This document shows, one piece after another, positions 35,494 to 46,424 of a stretch of DNA of 64,000 bases. The notes below the pieces were generated by a model, which was not told the DNA's origin, searched no databases, and saw nothing but the letters and a program-made list of their open reading frames with translations. The stretch's first letter is position 1. Every line of letters begins with the position of its first letter. Position numbers and translations under genes: made by a program. Origin of the DNA: an uncultured Gemmatimonadales bacterium (GTDB lineage: Bacteria > Gemmatimonadota > Gemmatimonadetes > Longimicrobiales > RSA9); NCBI GenBank assembly GCA_963816355.1, contig CAWFKH010000006.1:96001-160000 (forward strand). The letters run 5' to 3'.

Positions 35494-35690
35494 CGGACTC
35501 TCATGGGCGGGCTGGAGCAAGCCTTCCGATTCTTCGGCGGTGTGCCGAAGGAGCTGCTCTTCAACCAGAATGTGGGCCGTGGTGGTCCGGGATCTCCGCC
35601 CGGACAGTGGGCCGCTGGTCGAGAATGCGGAGTTTCTCCGTTTCGCAGCGCCCTGGGGCGTCCGGGCACGGGCCTGCCGTCCGTATCTGA
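35494..35690 (+). pseudogene. IS21 family IstA transposase fragment
   Basis: GLEQAFRFFGGVPKELLFNQ, frameshift, then ..NAEFLRFAAPWG..RACRPY. Confidence 0.8.
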
Positions 35691-35705
35691 CTCGGAGCCC
35701 AGATC

Positions 35706-35992
35706 CAGCTGATCCTCCTGGGCCCCACCCGGCGTGGGAATGACGGACCTCGCCAGCAGCCTGGCGATTGCCGCGGCCCAGCATGGCCGGCGGGTCTACT
35801 GCGGCACGATTGCCGACCTGATCACGTCTCTGGAAGAGGCGGAGGCCGCTTGCCGCTTTCAACAACGCCTGAAGGTCCTCACGCACCCCGCGCTCCCGGT
35901 GGTGGCCGAGATCGGCGATCTCCCCATTTCCCGGACCGGCGCCATGCTCTTCTTACAGCTGATGACGCGGCGCTACGAGCGCGCCTCGACGC
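35706..35992 (+). pseudogene. IS21 family IstB ATPase fragment with degenerate Walker motifs
   Basis: LASSLAIAAAQHGRRVY..DLITSLEEA..VAEIGDLP..GAMLFLQLMTRRYERAS. Confidence 0.8.
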
Positions 35993-36401
35993 AGGCCCTG
36001 CGCGGCGAAACCGAGCCCGCCGCCCCTCACCCCGGCGCCCGAAGGAAGAAGGAGATCACGACCGGCTGACCGGGCTCGTCACCCCCGCCGAGCCTGGGAC
36101 ATTGTTCACGCGGCGCTGGTGGGACATTGTCCTGCGTTGACAGCCGGCTCCGCGGCAGGAGCCCGCCGGGATCGTCGTGGAGCCGCGTCGCACGTCGCGC
36201 CTCTGCAACTCCTTCTCCCTCGAACGCATGCGTTCGGCTGGCGGCGTCGACGGTGTCGCGCCCCTGCCCCGGCGCCGCCCGCAACGCGTTGCGCGCCGCG
36301 GACGCCGCGCCGCGCCGCGGACGCCGCGCCGCGCTGCGGACACCGCGCCGCCCGCCGTGCATCCTGGAAACAACCCGGGCCGCCTCGGCGTATGACTTCG
36401 A

Positions 36402-36455
36402 GGGGCCGCTGGGGCCGCTGGGGCCGCTGGGGCCGCTGGGGCCGCTGGGGCCGCT
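36402..36455. repeat. 9-bp perfect tandem repeat GGGGCCGCT x6
   Basis: Seen directly, upstream of the S41 peptidase gene. Confidence 0.9.
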
Positions 36456-36696
36456 GGGGGTGCTGGGCCCGCCGGGCCCGCGGTCCGGGGCCCGCTGGGC
36501 CCGCTGGGCCCGGGGTCCGGGGCCCACTGGGCCCGCGCGGCCTTCTAGGTCCGCTGGACCCGCGTGTCGCCGGCGCCGCCGTTTGGTGTCGGCGCGAAGC
36601 GATGGGCGCGCTGCGGCTGCTCGCCAGCGTCGTCCACGGCGCGCCGTCGAGCGTGAGCGACCCGGCGCATTTCAGTTAAATCCGAGAGGAGAGTCG

Positions 36697-39600
36697 ATGA
36701 TGGAGTCGATCCGGCCGCGCGTCGCGCTGGCGGCGCTGGCGGCGGCGTTGCTCTGGTGCGTCGCCGCACTCCCCGTCGCCGCGCAGACGCGGCTGCTCCG
36801 CTTCCCCGACATCCACGGCGACGAGGTCGTCTTCACGTACGCGGGCGACCTGTGGCGCGCGAGCGCGGATGGCGGGACCGCGATCCGTCTCACGGCCGCG
36901 CCCGGCCAGGAGCTTTTCGCGAAGTTCTCGCCGGACGGCCAGTGGATCGCGTTCACCGGGCAGTACGACGGCGACGAGCAGGTGTACGTGATGCCGGCGG
37001 GCGGCGGAGTGCCGAAGCAGCTCACGTACTATCCGGCGAACGGTCCGCTGCCACCACGCTGGGGCTACGACAACCAGGTCTACGGCTGGACCGCGGACGG
37101 GAAGGGGATCCTGTTCCGCTCCGGTCGCGACAGTTGGGATCTGGCGACGCAGCACCTCTACACCGTGCCGGCGGCGGGCGGCCTTCCGGTGCAGCTGCCG
37201 ATGCCGCGCGCCGGCGCGGGCGCCTTCTCCCCGAACGGCCGTCAGGTCCTCTACTCGCCGCTCTTCCGGGACTTCCGCGCGTGGAAGCGCTATTCGGGCG
37301 GCTGGGCCGAGGACCTGTGGGTGTTCGACCTCGCCAGTCACGACGCGAAGAACATCACGAACGACCCGCGCACGGATCGCGACCCGATGTGGATCGGCGG
37401 CCGCATCTACTTCGACTCCGACCGCACCGGCACGCTCAATCTCTACTCCGTCGACCCGGGCGGCAGCGACCTGAAGCAGCTCACGCACGGCACGACGTGG
37501 GACGTGCGCTGGCCGAGCGCGGACGCGGACGGCCGCATCGTCTACGAGCTGGCGGGCGAGCTGCACGTCTTCGACACGAAGGGCGCTCAGGACCGCAAGC
37601 TCGACATCACCGTCCCCGACGACGGCCTCGCCGCCCGCCCGCGCCACGAGAACGTCGCGCGCTGGATGGAGGAGTTCAGCCTCAGCCCCAAGGGAGAGCG
37701 CGCGCTCTTCGTCGCCCGCGGCGATGTCTTCACCGCGCCGATCGAGGACGGCCCCACGCGCAACCTGACCCACACCTCCAATGCGCACGACAAGGGCGCG
37801 GCGTGGTCGCCGGACGGCCGCAAGATCCTCTTCATCTCGGACATGAGCGGTGAGGAGGAGCTCTACCTGATCGACCAGGACGGCAGCGGCAAGCCGGAGC
37901 GCCTCACCACCGATGGCGACGTCATGCGCAACACGCCGCAGTGGGCGCCGGACGGCAAGCACATCTCCTTCTCCGACGCGCGCGGCCGCCTCTGGGTGCT
38001 CGACCCCGCGAGCCGCCGGAGCACGCTCGTCGCGCGCGACACCGGCGGCACGATGTTCGACCAGAACTGGTCCGCCGACGGCCGCTGGCTCGCCTTCAGC
38101 ATGGGCGACGCTGCGGGCTTCCGCTCCCTCTACATCTGGGGCCTCGACGACGCCGCGCCGCACCGCGTCACCGACGGCATGACGAACGCCTTCGAGCCGG
38201 TCTTCGGTCCGGACGGCGATTACCTCTTCTTCTTCAGCGACCGCGAGTACGCGCCGCAGATCAGCTCCGCCGAGTGGGACTTCGCGACGACGCGCACAAC
38301 CGGCATCTACGCGCTCGCCCTGCGCAAGGACGTGCCGCCGCCGTTCCCGCCGAAGAGCGACGAGGTCGAGATCGACAGCGCGAGCGCGGCCGGCAAGGCA
38401 GGCGGCGCGAAGGGCGCGAAGGACGGCGGCGCGAAAGGCGCGAAGGACGGCGGCGCGAAGGACGGCGCGAAGGAGCCCGCCGCGGGCAAGGGCGCCGCGT
38501 CCCCGGTCCGCATCGACTTCGACGGCCTCGCCGCCCGCGTCGAGCGGGTGCCCGTCGAGGCGGACAACTACCGCGGTCTTCTCGCCGTGAAGGGCAAGCT
38601 CGTCTACTCCCGCGGCGGCCCCTTCGTCTACGGCCGCGACTCCGGTCAGGAGCCGGCGCTGATCCTCTTCGACATGAAGGAGCGCAAGCCGACGACGCTC
38701 GCCGAGGGGATCGGCGGCTACGCCCTCTCCGCGGACGGTTCGAAGATCCTCGTCCGCGAGGGCCGCAGCTTCAATCTCTACAGCATCGCCGGGGGGGCGA
38801 GTTCGAAGAAGACCGTGTCGACCGCCGGGCTCGACGCCGACATCGTGCCGAAGCAGGAGTGGAACGAGATCTACGACGAGGTGTGGCGCCGCTTCCGGGA
38901 CTTCTTCTACGTCTCGAACATGAACGGCTACGACTGGAAGGCGCTGCGCGAGCAGTACCGGCCGCTGCTCCAGTACGTCGGTGACCGCTCCGATCTCGAC
39001 TACGTGCTCAACGAGATGATCGCCGAGCTGAGCAACTCGCACACCTACATCTCCGGCGGCGATCACCGGCTCCCGGACCGCGCCCGCGTGGCCCTGCCCG
39101 GCGCGCGCTTCGCGCTCGATGCCGCGTCCGGCCGTTACCGCATCGCCTCCATCATGACCGGCGACAACGCCGAGCCGGAGTATCGCGCGCCGCTGACCGA
39201 GATCGGCGTCGACGCGCGCGTGGGCGATTACGTCCTCGAGATCGACGGCGAGGAGCTGAAGGCGCCCGACAACCCGTACCGGCTGCTGCGCAACCGCGCC
39301 GACCACCCGGTCGCGCTCACGCTCAACGACCGCCCGAACATGGAAGGCGCGCGCACCGTCGCCTTCAAGCCGATCACCAGCGAGGAGAAGCTCGTCTACT
39401 ACGGCTGGGTGGCGAAGAACCGCGAGCGCGTCGAGAAGATGACGAACGGCCGCGTCGCCTACATGCACCTGCCGGACATGGGCGCCGACGGCATCTACGA
39501 GTTCGTCAAGTGGTACTATCCGCAGATCCGCAAGGAGGGGATGATCGTCGACGTGCGCGGCAACGGCGGCGGCAACATCTCCTCGATGGTGATCCAGCGC

Positions 39601-40080
39601 CTCAGCGAGACGCTCCTCGCCTCCGGCTACTCGCGCAACAGCGACTTCCCAGACACGTACCCGCGCGGCCCGATCTTCCATGGCGCGCTCGTCGCGCTGC
39701 TCAACGAGACCTCCGCTTCCGACGGCGACATCTTCCCCGCCATGTTCAAGCAGGCGAAGCTCGGTCCGCTGATCGGCAAGCGCTCGTGGGGCGGCGTGAC
39801 CGGCATCACCAGCCACGGCCCCCTGATCGACGGCGGCGGCGTGAACGTGCCGGAGTTCGGCTTCATCGGCGTCGACGGCTCGTGGATCATCGAGGGCCAC
39901 GGGGTCGATCCGGACATCGTCGTCGAGAACGACCCGAAGTCGGTCATCGACGGCGACGACCCGCAGCTCGAACGCGCCGTGCAGGAGGTGCTGAAGGAGA
40001 TGCAGCAGAATCCGCAGCACCTGCCCGCCCGCCCCGCGCCGCCGAACCGCGCGCCCGCCAAGCGCGGCTCCGGCGGCTGA
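36697..40080 (+). CDS. Tricorn-like S41 peptidase (PD40 propellers, PDZ, S41), secreted
   Basis: Signal peptide; LLRFPDIHGD, repeated SPDG, DVRGNGGG, SASDGD, GKRSWGG, IEGHGVDPD; GAGGAG RBS. Confidence 0.93.
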   Translation: MMESIRPRVALAALAAALLWCVAALPVAAQTRLLRFPDIHGDEVVFTYAGDLWRASADGGTAIRLTAAPGQELFAKFSPDGQWIAFTGQYDGDEQVYVMPAGGGVPKQLTYYPANGPLPPRWGYDNQVYGWTADGKGILFRSGRDSWDLATQHLYTVPAAGGLPVQLPMPRAGAGAFSPNGRQVLYSPLFRDFRAWKRYSGGWAEDLWVFDLASHDAKNITNDPRTDRDPMWIGGRIYFDSDRTGTLNLYSVDPGGSDLKQLTHGTTWDVRWPSADADGRIVYELAGELHVFDTKGAQDRKLDITVPDDGLAARPRHENVARWMEEFSLSPKGERALFVARGDVFTAPIEDGPTRNLTHTSNAHDKGAAWSPDGRKILFISDMSGEEELYLIDQDGSGKPERLTTDGDVMRNTPQWAPDGKHISFSDARGRLWVLDPASRRSTLVARDTGGTMFDQNWSADGRWLAFSMGDAAGFRSLYIWGLDDAAPHRVTDGMTNAFEPVFGPDGDYLFFFSDREYAPQISSAEWDFATTRTTGIYALALRKDVPPPFPPKSDEVEIDSASAAGKAGGAKGAKDGGAKGAKDGGAKDGAKEPAAGKGAASPVRIDFDGLAARVERVPVEADNYRGLLAVKGKLVYSRGGPFVYGRDSGQEPALILFDMKERKPTTLAEGIGGYALSADGSKILVREGRSFNLYSIAGGASSKKTVSTAGLDADIVPKQEWNEIYDEVWRRFRDFFYVSNMNGYDWKALREQYRPLLQYVGDRSDLDYVLNEMIAELSNSHTYISGGDHRLPDRARVALPGARFALDAASGRYRIASIMTGDNAEPEYRAPLTEIGVDARVGDYVLEIDGEELKAPDNPYRLLRNRADHPVALTLNDRPNMEGARTVAFKPITSEEKLVYYGWVAKNRERVEKMTNGRVAYMHLPDMGADGIYEFVKWYYPQIRKEGMIVDVRGNGGGNISSMVIQRLSETLLASGYSRNSDFPDTYPRGPIFHGALVALLNETSASDGDIFPAMFKQAKLGPLIGKRSWGGVTGITSHGPLIDGGGVNVPEFGFIGVDGSWIIEGHGVDPDIVVENDPKSVIDGDDPQLERAVQEVLKEMQQNPQHLPARPAPPNRAPAKRGSGG

Positions 40081-40186
40081 TCCGGCCAGGGGGCCGGGGC
40101 CACGAGGCAGGGCTCCGGCGCCGGGCTCCGGGGGCCGATCCGTCTACGCGGGTCGGCCCCCGCGGCGCTCGGCCGGCCATGTTCGG

Positions 40187-40284
40187 CCCAGACCCCCGTA
40201 CCCCAGACCCCCGTACCCCAGACCCCCCCAGACCCCCGTACCCCAGACCCCCCCCAGACCCCCTCCGCAGACCCCAGACCGACC
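40187..40284. repeat. Dispersed (CCCCAGAC)n repeat, copy 3
   Basis: Ends CAGACCCCCTCCGCAGACCCCAGACCGACC. Confidence 0.85.
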
Positions 40285-40323
40285 TACTCAGCCTCGCCCT
40301 CCCACGCCCCAGACTCCTCGCCC

Positions 40324-43300
40324 CTACCCGACTTCCCCCAGCACCCTCCCCATCTCCCCCACCAGACGCTCCGCGTCCTCCTCTCCGAACACGAGCGGCG
40401 GCTTCACCTTCAACACATCGTGTTCCGGCCCGTCGATGCCGACCAGGATCCCCCGGTCGCGCAGCCGCTCGGCCACGTAGGCGGTGAGGCGCGGCGCCGG
40501 CTCCCGCGTCTCGCGCCCGCGCACCAGCTCGACCCCCACGTAGAGGCCGAGTCCGCGGACGTCGCCGATCGCGTCGTGCGTCTCCATGAGGCTTCGCAGC
40601 CCGTCGATCAGCCGGCCGCCCACGCAGCGGGCGCGCTCCTGCAGTCCCTCCGCCTCGATCACGTCGAGCACGGCGAGGCCGACGGCGCAGGAGACCGGAT
40701 TGCCGCCGAACGTGTTGAAGTACTCCATGCCGTTGTCGAACGACGCGGCGATCTCCGGCGTGGTCACCACGGCCCCCATCGGATGGCCGTTCCCGATGGG
40801 CTTGCCCAGCGTCACGATGTCCGGCACCGCGCCCTGCGACTCGAACGCCCAGAAGTGCGTGCCGACGCGGCCGAACCCCACCTGCACCTCGTCGGCGACG
40901 CACACGCCGCCCGCGGCGCGCACGTGGCGGAACGCCTCGGCAAGGTAGCCGGCGGGCGGCACGATCTGGCCGCCGCAGCCGAGCAGCGGCTCCGCGAAGA
41001 ACGCGGCCGGACGACGGCCGTCGAGCGCCAGCGCGTCGAGCGCGCGGCGGACGTCGTCGGCGTAGCGTCGCCCCACTTCCTCGCCGGCGCCCCGGTAACG
41101 CCCGCGATACGGATCCGGCAACGCCGCGATGCGCACGTGCGGCGGCGCGCCGGCGCCGCCCGGGCCGTGGAACTTGTACGGGCTGATGTCGACGAGCGCC
41201 GACGTGTTGCCGTGGTACGCGCCTTCGATCACGACGACATCGCGGGCGCCGGTGTGCGCGCGCGCCAAGCGCAGCGCCAGCTCGTTCGCCTCGCTGCCGG
41301 AGCAGACGAAGTAGCAGACGCGGAGCGGCTCCGGCAGCGTCGCCGTCAGCCGCTCGGCGTAATGGAGGATCGTCTCGTGGAGGTAGCGCGTGTTCGTGTT
41401 CAGCACCGCCGCCTGCCGCCGCAGCGCCTCGACGACGCGCGGGTGCGAATGGCCCACGTGCGCGACGTTGTTGACCGCGTCGAGATACGGCCGCCCCTCG
41501 GCGTCGTAGAGGTGCTGCATCCAGCCGCGCACGATGTGCAGCGGCCGCCGGTATGCCACGCTGAGCGAGGGTCCGAGAAGGCGACGTCGCCGATCGAGGA
41601 TGCCGGCCGCGTCGACGTCCCCGGCGCCCACGTGCGCCACGGCGCGTTGGCCGTCCGCCTGCGGCGTGCCGCTGCCGGCGCCCTCCCCGTCCCATTCGGG
41701 CGTGAGCGCCGGTACGCGCAGCAGCAGGTTCGGGTCGGGCGAGAGCGAGAGCCAGGTGCGGCGCTCCGACGGGCGCGCGACGCCGGGGAAGTCGCCCTCG
41801 CGGCCCAGCGTGTCCACGACGATCTGGAAGTGCAGGTGCGGCGCCCAGCCGCCGTTGCGCGGGGGAGCACCCACGCTTCCGATGCGCTCGCCGCGCCGCA
41901 CCGCGCGTCCCACCGCGAGGGCGTCGAGCGAGGCCGGGTCGAGGTGGCCGTAGAGCGTGTGGAAGGCGACGCCGCCCGCCTCCGGCTCGTGGCGCAGCAC
42001 GATCGTCGGCCCGTAGTCGAGCCGTCCGACGTTGTCGCGGTACGAGTGGACGGTGCCGTCGAGCGGCGCGAAGACCGGCGCGCCCGGCTCGGCGAAGAGG
42101 TCGATCCCGAGGTGGACCGTGCGCCACTCCGGCCCCTCGTCGCCGTCGACGCGGAAGAGGTCGGAGGCGTACCAGCGCCGCGCCTCGTCCCAGCGCCCCA
42201 CGCCCAGCGTCGCGCCCTCCGCGCGCATGCGGCCGAAGATCGCCTCGGCCCACGCGGCGGCGTCGTCGTCGCGGCCGAGCACGGCGTCGAGCTCGAGCGA
42301 GCCGACGCTCAGGTCGAAGACGACGGCGGGCGCCGTCCGCGGGTCCGGCTCCAGCACGGGCGCCGCGCCGCCACCGTGCGCGCGCAGCCATGCGACGACG
42401 GCGGGCGCGGCGGGACACGGCTCGAGGCCGCACGCGTCGCGCAGCGCGTAGTGCGCGAACGACGCATCGACGCCCGCCAGCCGCTCGAGCAGCGCCCACG
42501 CGGGCGCCTCGCTCACCGACAGATACTCGTTGTCCGGCCGCTCCGCGCGCTGCCGCGCGGAGAGCACGACGCTCGTGCACAGGCGCAGCAGGGCGAGCGG
42601 CCACACCGCCGCCAGCTCGGCTTCGCGCAGCGCATTCGCCGCGTGGTAGCCGCCGACGACCGCGGCCGCGGCCGCGAGCGGGTCCCGCTTGCCGAGCATC
42701 GCGTACGCCGCCGCGATCGCCGGCTCCGCCGCCAGCCACGTCCGCATCACGTCGCCGAAGTCGACGAGGCCCGCGACGCGCCACGGCGCGAGCGGATCCT
42801 CAGCGGCCGCGCGCGCGACCAGCACGTTGTGGTCGTTGCCGTCGCCGTGTATCACCGCCTCGCGCAGCGCGCCGAGGTGCGGCGTGGCGCGCTCACGGAA
42901 GATGGCCGCGTGGTGCGCCACGAGCGCGCGGCGCGCGGCATCGCCGACCGCCGCGAGGTTCTCCGCGATCACGTCGAGGCCGCGGCGCGGATCCCAGTGC
43001 AGCGGCCGCCGCGCGCCGGGGTGGTCGAAGGCGTCGAGCGCGCGGTCGATGGCGCCGAACATCGCCCCCACTTCACGGAGCAGCGCCGACGAATGCGGCC
43101 GCGCGGCGGCGAGCGGCCGGCCCGGCACCCATTCGAGCAGGCGTACGGCGTGGCGCGCGCCGTCGGCGCCGACGACGTGCGCGATCGTGCCGCCCTCGCC
43201 TCCCGACAGAGGCCGCGGCCGCGGGAAGGTGTAGGCGCCGCCGCCGCGGATCCGGTCGAGCATCGCTTCCTGACACGCCAGCAGCGCGGGATCCTCGCCG

Positions 43301-43512
43301 CTTTGCGAGATCTTCAGCACGAAGCGCTCGCCCGCGCCCGTGGTGACGCGGAAATTCTGGTCGCGCTCGCTCGGCAGCGGCTCGAGCTCGCCCGCGACGT
43401 CGAAGCGCTCGAGCGCGACGCGGGCGGCCTCGTCCGCGGAGAAGCGCGGCGGCCGGTGGCGCTCCACGCAGCCGAGGGATGCGCCCTGGAAGGCGCGCCG
43501 GGACGGCGTCAT
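40324..43512 (-). CDS. Fusion: APH-like phosphotransferase + M23 peptidase-like domain + class III PLP aminotransferase/phospho-lyase
   Basis: [71 protein letters not shown]; start uncertain. Confidence 0.9.
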   Translation of the reverse strand: MTPSRRAFQGASLGCVERHRPPRFSADEAARVALERFDVAGELEPLPSERDQNFRVTTGAGERFVLKISQSGEDPALLACQEAMLDRIRGGGAYTFPRPRPLSGGEGGTIAHVVGADGARHAVRLLEWVPGRPLAAARPHSSALLREVGAMFGAIDRALDAFDHPGARRPLHWDPRRGLDVIAENLAAVGDAARRALVAHHAAIFRERATPHLGALREAVIHGDGNDHNVLVARAAAEDPLAPWRVAGLVDFGDVMRTWLAAEPAIAAAYAMLGKRDPLAAAAAVVGGYHAANALREAELAAVWPLALLRLCTSVVLSARQRAERPDNEYLSVSEAPAWALLERLAGVDASFAHYALRDACGLEPCPAAPAVVAWLRAHGGGAAPVLEPDPRTAPAVVFDLSVGSLELDAVLGRDDDAAAWAEAIFGRMRAEGATLGVGRWDEARRWYASDLFRVDGDEGPEWRTVHLGIDLFAEPGAPVFAPLDGTVHSYRDNVGRLDYGPTIVLRHEPEAGGVAFHTLYGHLDPASLDALAVGRAVRRGERIGSVGAPPRNGGWAPHLHFQIVVDTLGREGDFPGVARPSERRTWLSLSPDPNLLLRVPALTPEWDGEGAGSGTPQADGQRAVAHVGAGDVDAAGILDRRRRLLGPSLSVAYRRPLHIVRGWMQHLYDAEGRPYLDAVNNVAHVGHSHPRVVEALRRQAAVLNTNTRYLHETILHYAERLTATLPEPLRVCYFVCSGSEANELALRLARAHTGARDVVVIEGAYHGNTSALVDISPYKFHGPGGAGAPPHVRIAALPDPYRGRYRGAGEEVGRRYADDVRRALDALALDGRRPAAFFAEPLLGCGGQIVPPAGYLAEAFRHVRAAGGVCVADEVQVGFGRVGTHFWAFESQGAVPDIVTLGKPIGNGHPMGAVVTTPEIAASFDNGMEYFNTFGGNPVSCAVGLAVLDVIEAEGLQERARCVGGRLIDGLRSLMETHDAIGDVRGLGLYVGVELVRGRETREPAPRLTAYVAERLRDRGILVGIDGPEHDVLKVKPPLVFGEEDAERLVGEMGRVLGEVG

Positions 43513-43729
43513 GCCGCAAACCTCCATTCGGTGGGCGTGCAGATTAGCGACGCGCCGCGGACCGCCGCAAACGCGGCGCCGCCGGCGTGAGGGCGGCAAC
43601 ACCTTCGTCCTGCTGGCGGTTGCTCGCCTCGCGGCGTGACCGGTGCGACGCAACCGCAATGCGCCGGCACACGCGTCGCTGTACCTTCCCACTGGGTCCA
43701 GGCTTTTCCCCGCACGGAGGTGCGCGACC

Positions 43730-44113
43730 ATGCCCGATCGAGAGCCCACTCCGGTCGTCCGTCCTTCCGCCGACGTCGAAGCCGCCGTCGTCTCCGCCGG
43801 CAACGCCACGCGCATGCGCGTCCTCCTCGGTCCGGCCGAAGGCGCGCCGAATTTCGTGCTGCGGCGCTTCACGATGGAGGCCGGCGGCGGCATCCCGCTG
43901 CATACCAACGAGGTCGAGCACGAGCAGTTCGTGCTTCGCGGACGCGCGCGCATCCGCATCGGTGATGCGGTCCACGAGGTCGTCGCCGAGGACACCCTCT
44001 TCATCCCCGCCGGCGTTGCGCACTCCTACGAGGTCGTGGAAGGTCCGTTCGAGTTCCTCTGCGTCGTGCCGAACGCGCCGGACCGACTCGAGATCCTCGA
44101 CGGATCGTGCTGA
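43730..44113 (+). CDS. Cupin domain protein
   Basis: GGAGG RBS; PLHTNEVEHEQFV and FIPAGVAHSY motifs. Confidence 0.9.
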   Translation: MPDREPTPVVRPSADVEAAVVSAGNATRMRVLLGPAEGAPNFVLRRFTMEAGGGIPLHTNEVEHEQFVLRGRARIRIGDAVHEVVAEDTLFIPAGVAHSYEVVEGPFEFLCVVPNAPDRLEILDGSC

Positions 44114-44271
44114 GCGCCGACGCCCCGGGGCCTGCGCCCCTCTCCCCGCCTCCGCGTCCCCGCTCTCGCCACCGCCGCAGGCGGCCACGGACGGTGCGGC
44201 TCGCCGCGGCCACCGCGTCCTCGCACGGTCCTTGAAGCGTAAGTCGGCGGACCTCGACCGGGGAGACGACG

Positions 44272-45819
44272 ATGAAGCATTGTGGACGTACGAAACGACC
44301 CGCCGCGCGCGTCGGCGCAGGACCTGGCGCCCGCGTGGGCGCGCGGCGTGGCGCGGGCTTCGCGACGCGGCTCCGCGTCCGCACGGCCGCGCTCGCGATG
44401 GCGGGGGCGCTCGCCCTCGGCGCGGTGGCGGCGTGCGCGACGAACCCCGTGACCGGCAAGCCGCAGCTTGCGCTCATCTCGGAGAGCCAGGAGATCGAGA
44501 TGGGGCGCCAGGGCGCGCAGCAGGTCGAGCAGTCGGTCGGGCTGGTGCCCGACTCCTCCTTGCAGCGCTACGTGAACGGCGTCGGCGTGCGCATCGCCCG
44601 CACGACGGAGCGGCCGAATCTGCCGTGGGAGTTCCACGTCGTCGACGACCCGACGCCGAACGCGTTCGCGCTGCCGGGCGGCTTCGTCTTCGTCACGCGC
44701 GGCCTCATGGACCTGATGGACTCGGAGTCCGAGCTGTCGACGATCCTCGGCCACGAGATCGGCCACGTCACCGCACGTCACTCCGTGAGCCAGCTCAGCA
44801 AGGCGGAGCTGGCGCAGATCGGCGTGGGCCTCGGCAGCGTCATCTTCCCCCAGGCGCAGCAGCTCGGCGGCCTCGCGAGCACCGGCCTGCAGCTGCTCTT
44901 CCTGAAGTACAGCCGCGACGACGAGCGCCAGGCCGACGACCTCGGCTTCCGCTACTCGCAGCAGGCCGGCTACGACCCGCGCGAGATGGCGGACGTCTTC
45001 GTGGCGTTGCAGCGGATCGGCGAGCAGGAGGGGCAGAGCCCGCTGCCGTCCTGGCTCTCGACCCACCCGGCGACGCAGGAGCGGATCCAGGTCGTGCAGC
45101 AGCGCATCGCGCAGCTCGGCTCCGTCCCCGACTCCGCGCGCGTCGGCCGCGCGGACTACCTCGCCCACATTGAAGGGCTCATCTACGGCCAGAACCCGCG
45201 CAACGGCTACTTCGACGGCACCACATTCCTGCACCCGGACCTGCGCTTCACCTTCGTCTTCCCGCAGGGCTGGGCCACGCAGAACCTGCCGCAGGCCGTG
45301 GTCGGAACGAGCCCGCAGCAGGACGCGGCGGTCCAGGTTACGCTGAGCGGAGAGGCGTCGTCGTCGGCGGCCGCGAACGCGTTCGTCTCGCAGCAGGGCG
45401 TGAGCGCGTCCGCGCCGTCGCGACAGCGCATCAACGGCCTGCCCGCCACGGCCACTGAGTTCAACGCGACGACGAGCCAGGGCGCCGCCATCCACGGCCT
45501 CGCCGTGTTCGTCGACTACGACGGCCGCACCTACCAGATCCTCGGCTACGCCACGACCGGCGCCTTCTCCGGATACGCGACGACGCTGAGCCGGACGCTC
45601 GGCAGCTTCCGCCCGCTCACGGACCCCGCCGCGCTCGCCGTGAAGCCGAACCGAATCGAGATCGTGCGTGCCGACCGCACCGAGACGCTCGCCGCCTTCA
45701 ACACGCGCTACCCCTCCGTCGTGCCGATCGAGGAGCTCGCGATCATCAATCAGGTGGACAACGGCTCGTCGACGATCCCCGCCGGCACGAGGGTGAAGCG
45801 CGTCGTCCGGGGTTCGTAG
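44272..45819 (+). CDS. M48 family (BepA-like) metalloprotease lipoprotein with a C-terminal extension
   Basis: VAAC lipobox-like motif, NAFALPGG, HEIGH, YSRDDERQAD, STHP; alternative start at 44398. Confidence 0.92.
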   Translation: MKHCGRTKRPAARVGAGPGARVGARRGAGFATRLRVRTAALAMAGALALGAVAACATNPVTGKPQLALISESQEIEMGRQGAQQVEQSVGLVPDSSLQRYVNGVGVRIARTTERPNLPWEFHVVDDPTPNAFALPGGFVFVTRGLMDLMDSESELSTILGHEIGHVTARHSVSQLSKAELAQIGVGLGSVIFPQAQQLGGLASTGLQLLFLKYSRDDERQADDLGFRYSQQAGYDPREMADVFVALQRIGEQEGQSPLPSWLSTHPATQERIQVVQQRIAQLGSVPDSARVGRADYLAHIEGLIYGQNPRNGYFDGTTFLHPDLRFTFVFPQGWATQNLPQAVVGTSPQQDAAVQVTLSGEASSSAAANAFVSQQGVSASAPSRQRINGLPATATEFNATTSQGAAIHGLAVFVDYDGRTYQILGYATTGAFSGYATTLSRTLGSFRPLTDPAALAVKPNRIEIVRADRTETLAAFNTRYPSVVPIEELAIINQVDNGSSTIPAGTRVKRVVRGS

Positions 45820-45850
45820 GGACGGCACGTCGCGGATCCGGCCGCGCCTC

Positions 45851-46285
45851 TCACTCCGCCGAGGGTGACAGCCTCCGCTCCGCGGGCGGCGTGCGGAGCA
45901 GGTCTTCGACAGTGGTGCCGCGGAAGAACACGGCGATGCGTTCGCCGACCTCCTTCCACCGCACGTGCGCCGGGCACGGCGTGGCGTCGCTGCACTGCGG
46001 CCGGCCGAGCAGGCACTTGCGGCCGGGACCGATCTCGTCGAACACCTCGACAATGCGCAGCAGCGGCAGCGCCGCCGGATCGACCGCGAGCCAGAAACCG
46101 CCGTGCGGACCGCGCTGCGAATGGAGGATCCCGCGCTTGACGAGCTGGTTGAGCGTCTTCGACAAATAGTTGCGCGGAACCGTCAGCGCGCGCGCCGCGG
46201 CGTCTACGGATACGGGCTGCCGATCCGCGTTGTCGGCGATGTAGAGCACCGCCCGCAGCGCGTACTCCGCTGTGTCCGATAACAT
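45851..46285 (-). CDS. Rrf2 family transcriptional regulator (likely Fe-S binding)
   Basis: TAEYALRA, YLSK, SQRGPHGGF, CLLGRPQCSDATPCPAH; AGGAG RBS. Confidence 0.93.
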   Translation of the reverse strand: MLSDTAEYALRAVLYIADNADRQPVSVDAAARALTVPRNYLSKTLNQLVKRGILHSQRGPHGGFWLAVDPAALPLLRIVEVFDEIGPGRKCLLGRPQCSDATPCPAHVRWKEVGERIAVFFRGTTVEDLLRTPPAERRLSPSAE

Positions 46286-46424
46286 GACTTCGTCTCCTGC
46301 GGCGGTGCGACTGCACCCGTATGGAACGAAGCTATGTCCGGTCGTAGGCCACAGTCTGTCAGGAGAACGCCGCGCTTTCTGTGGTGAATATCGGCACGCC
46401 GCGGTCGGCTGTCTGCCGACTCCG

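Noticed and set aside
36127..36696. N-terminal collagen-like (GPL)n extension of the S41 peptidase
   Set aside because: It is the translation of a 9-bp intergenic repeat; the RBS and signal peptide support a start at 36697.
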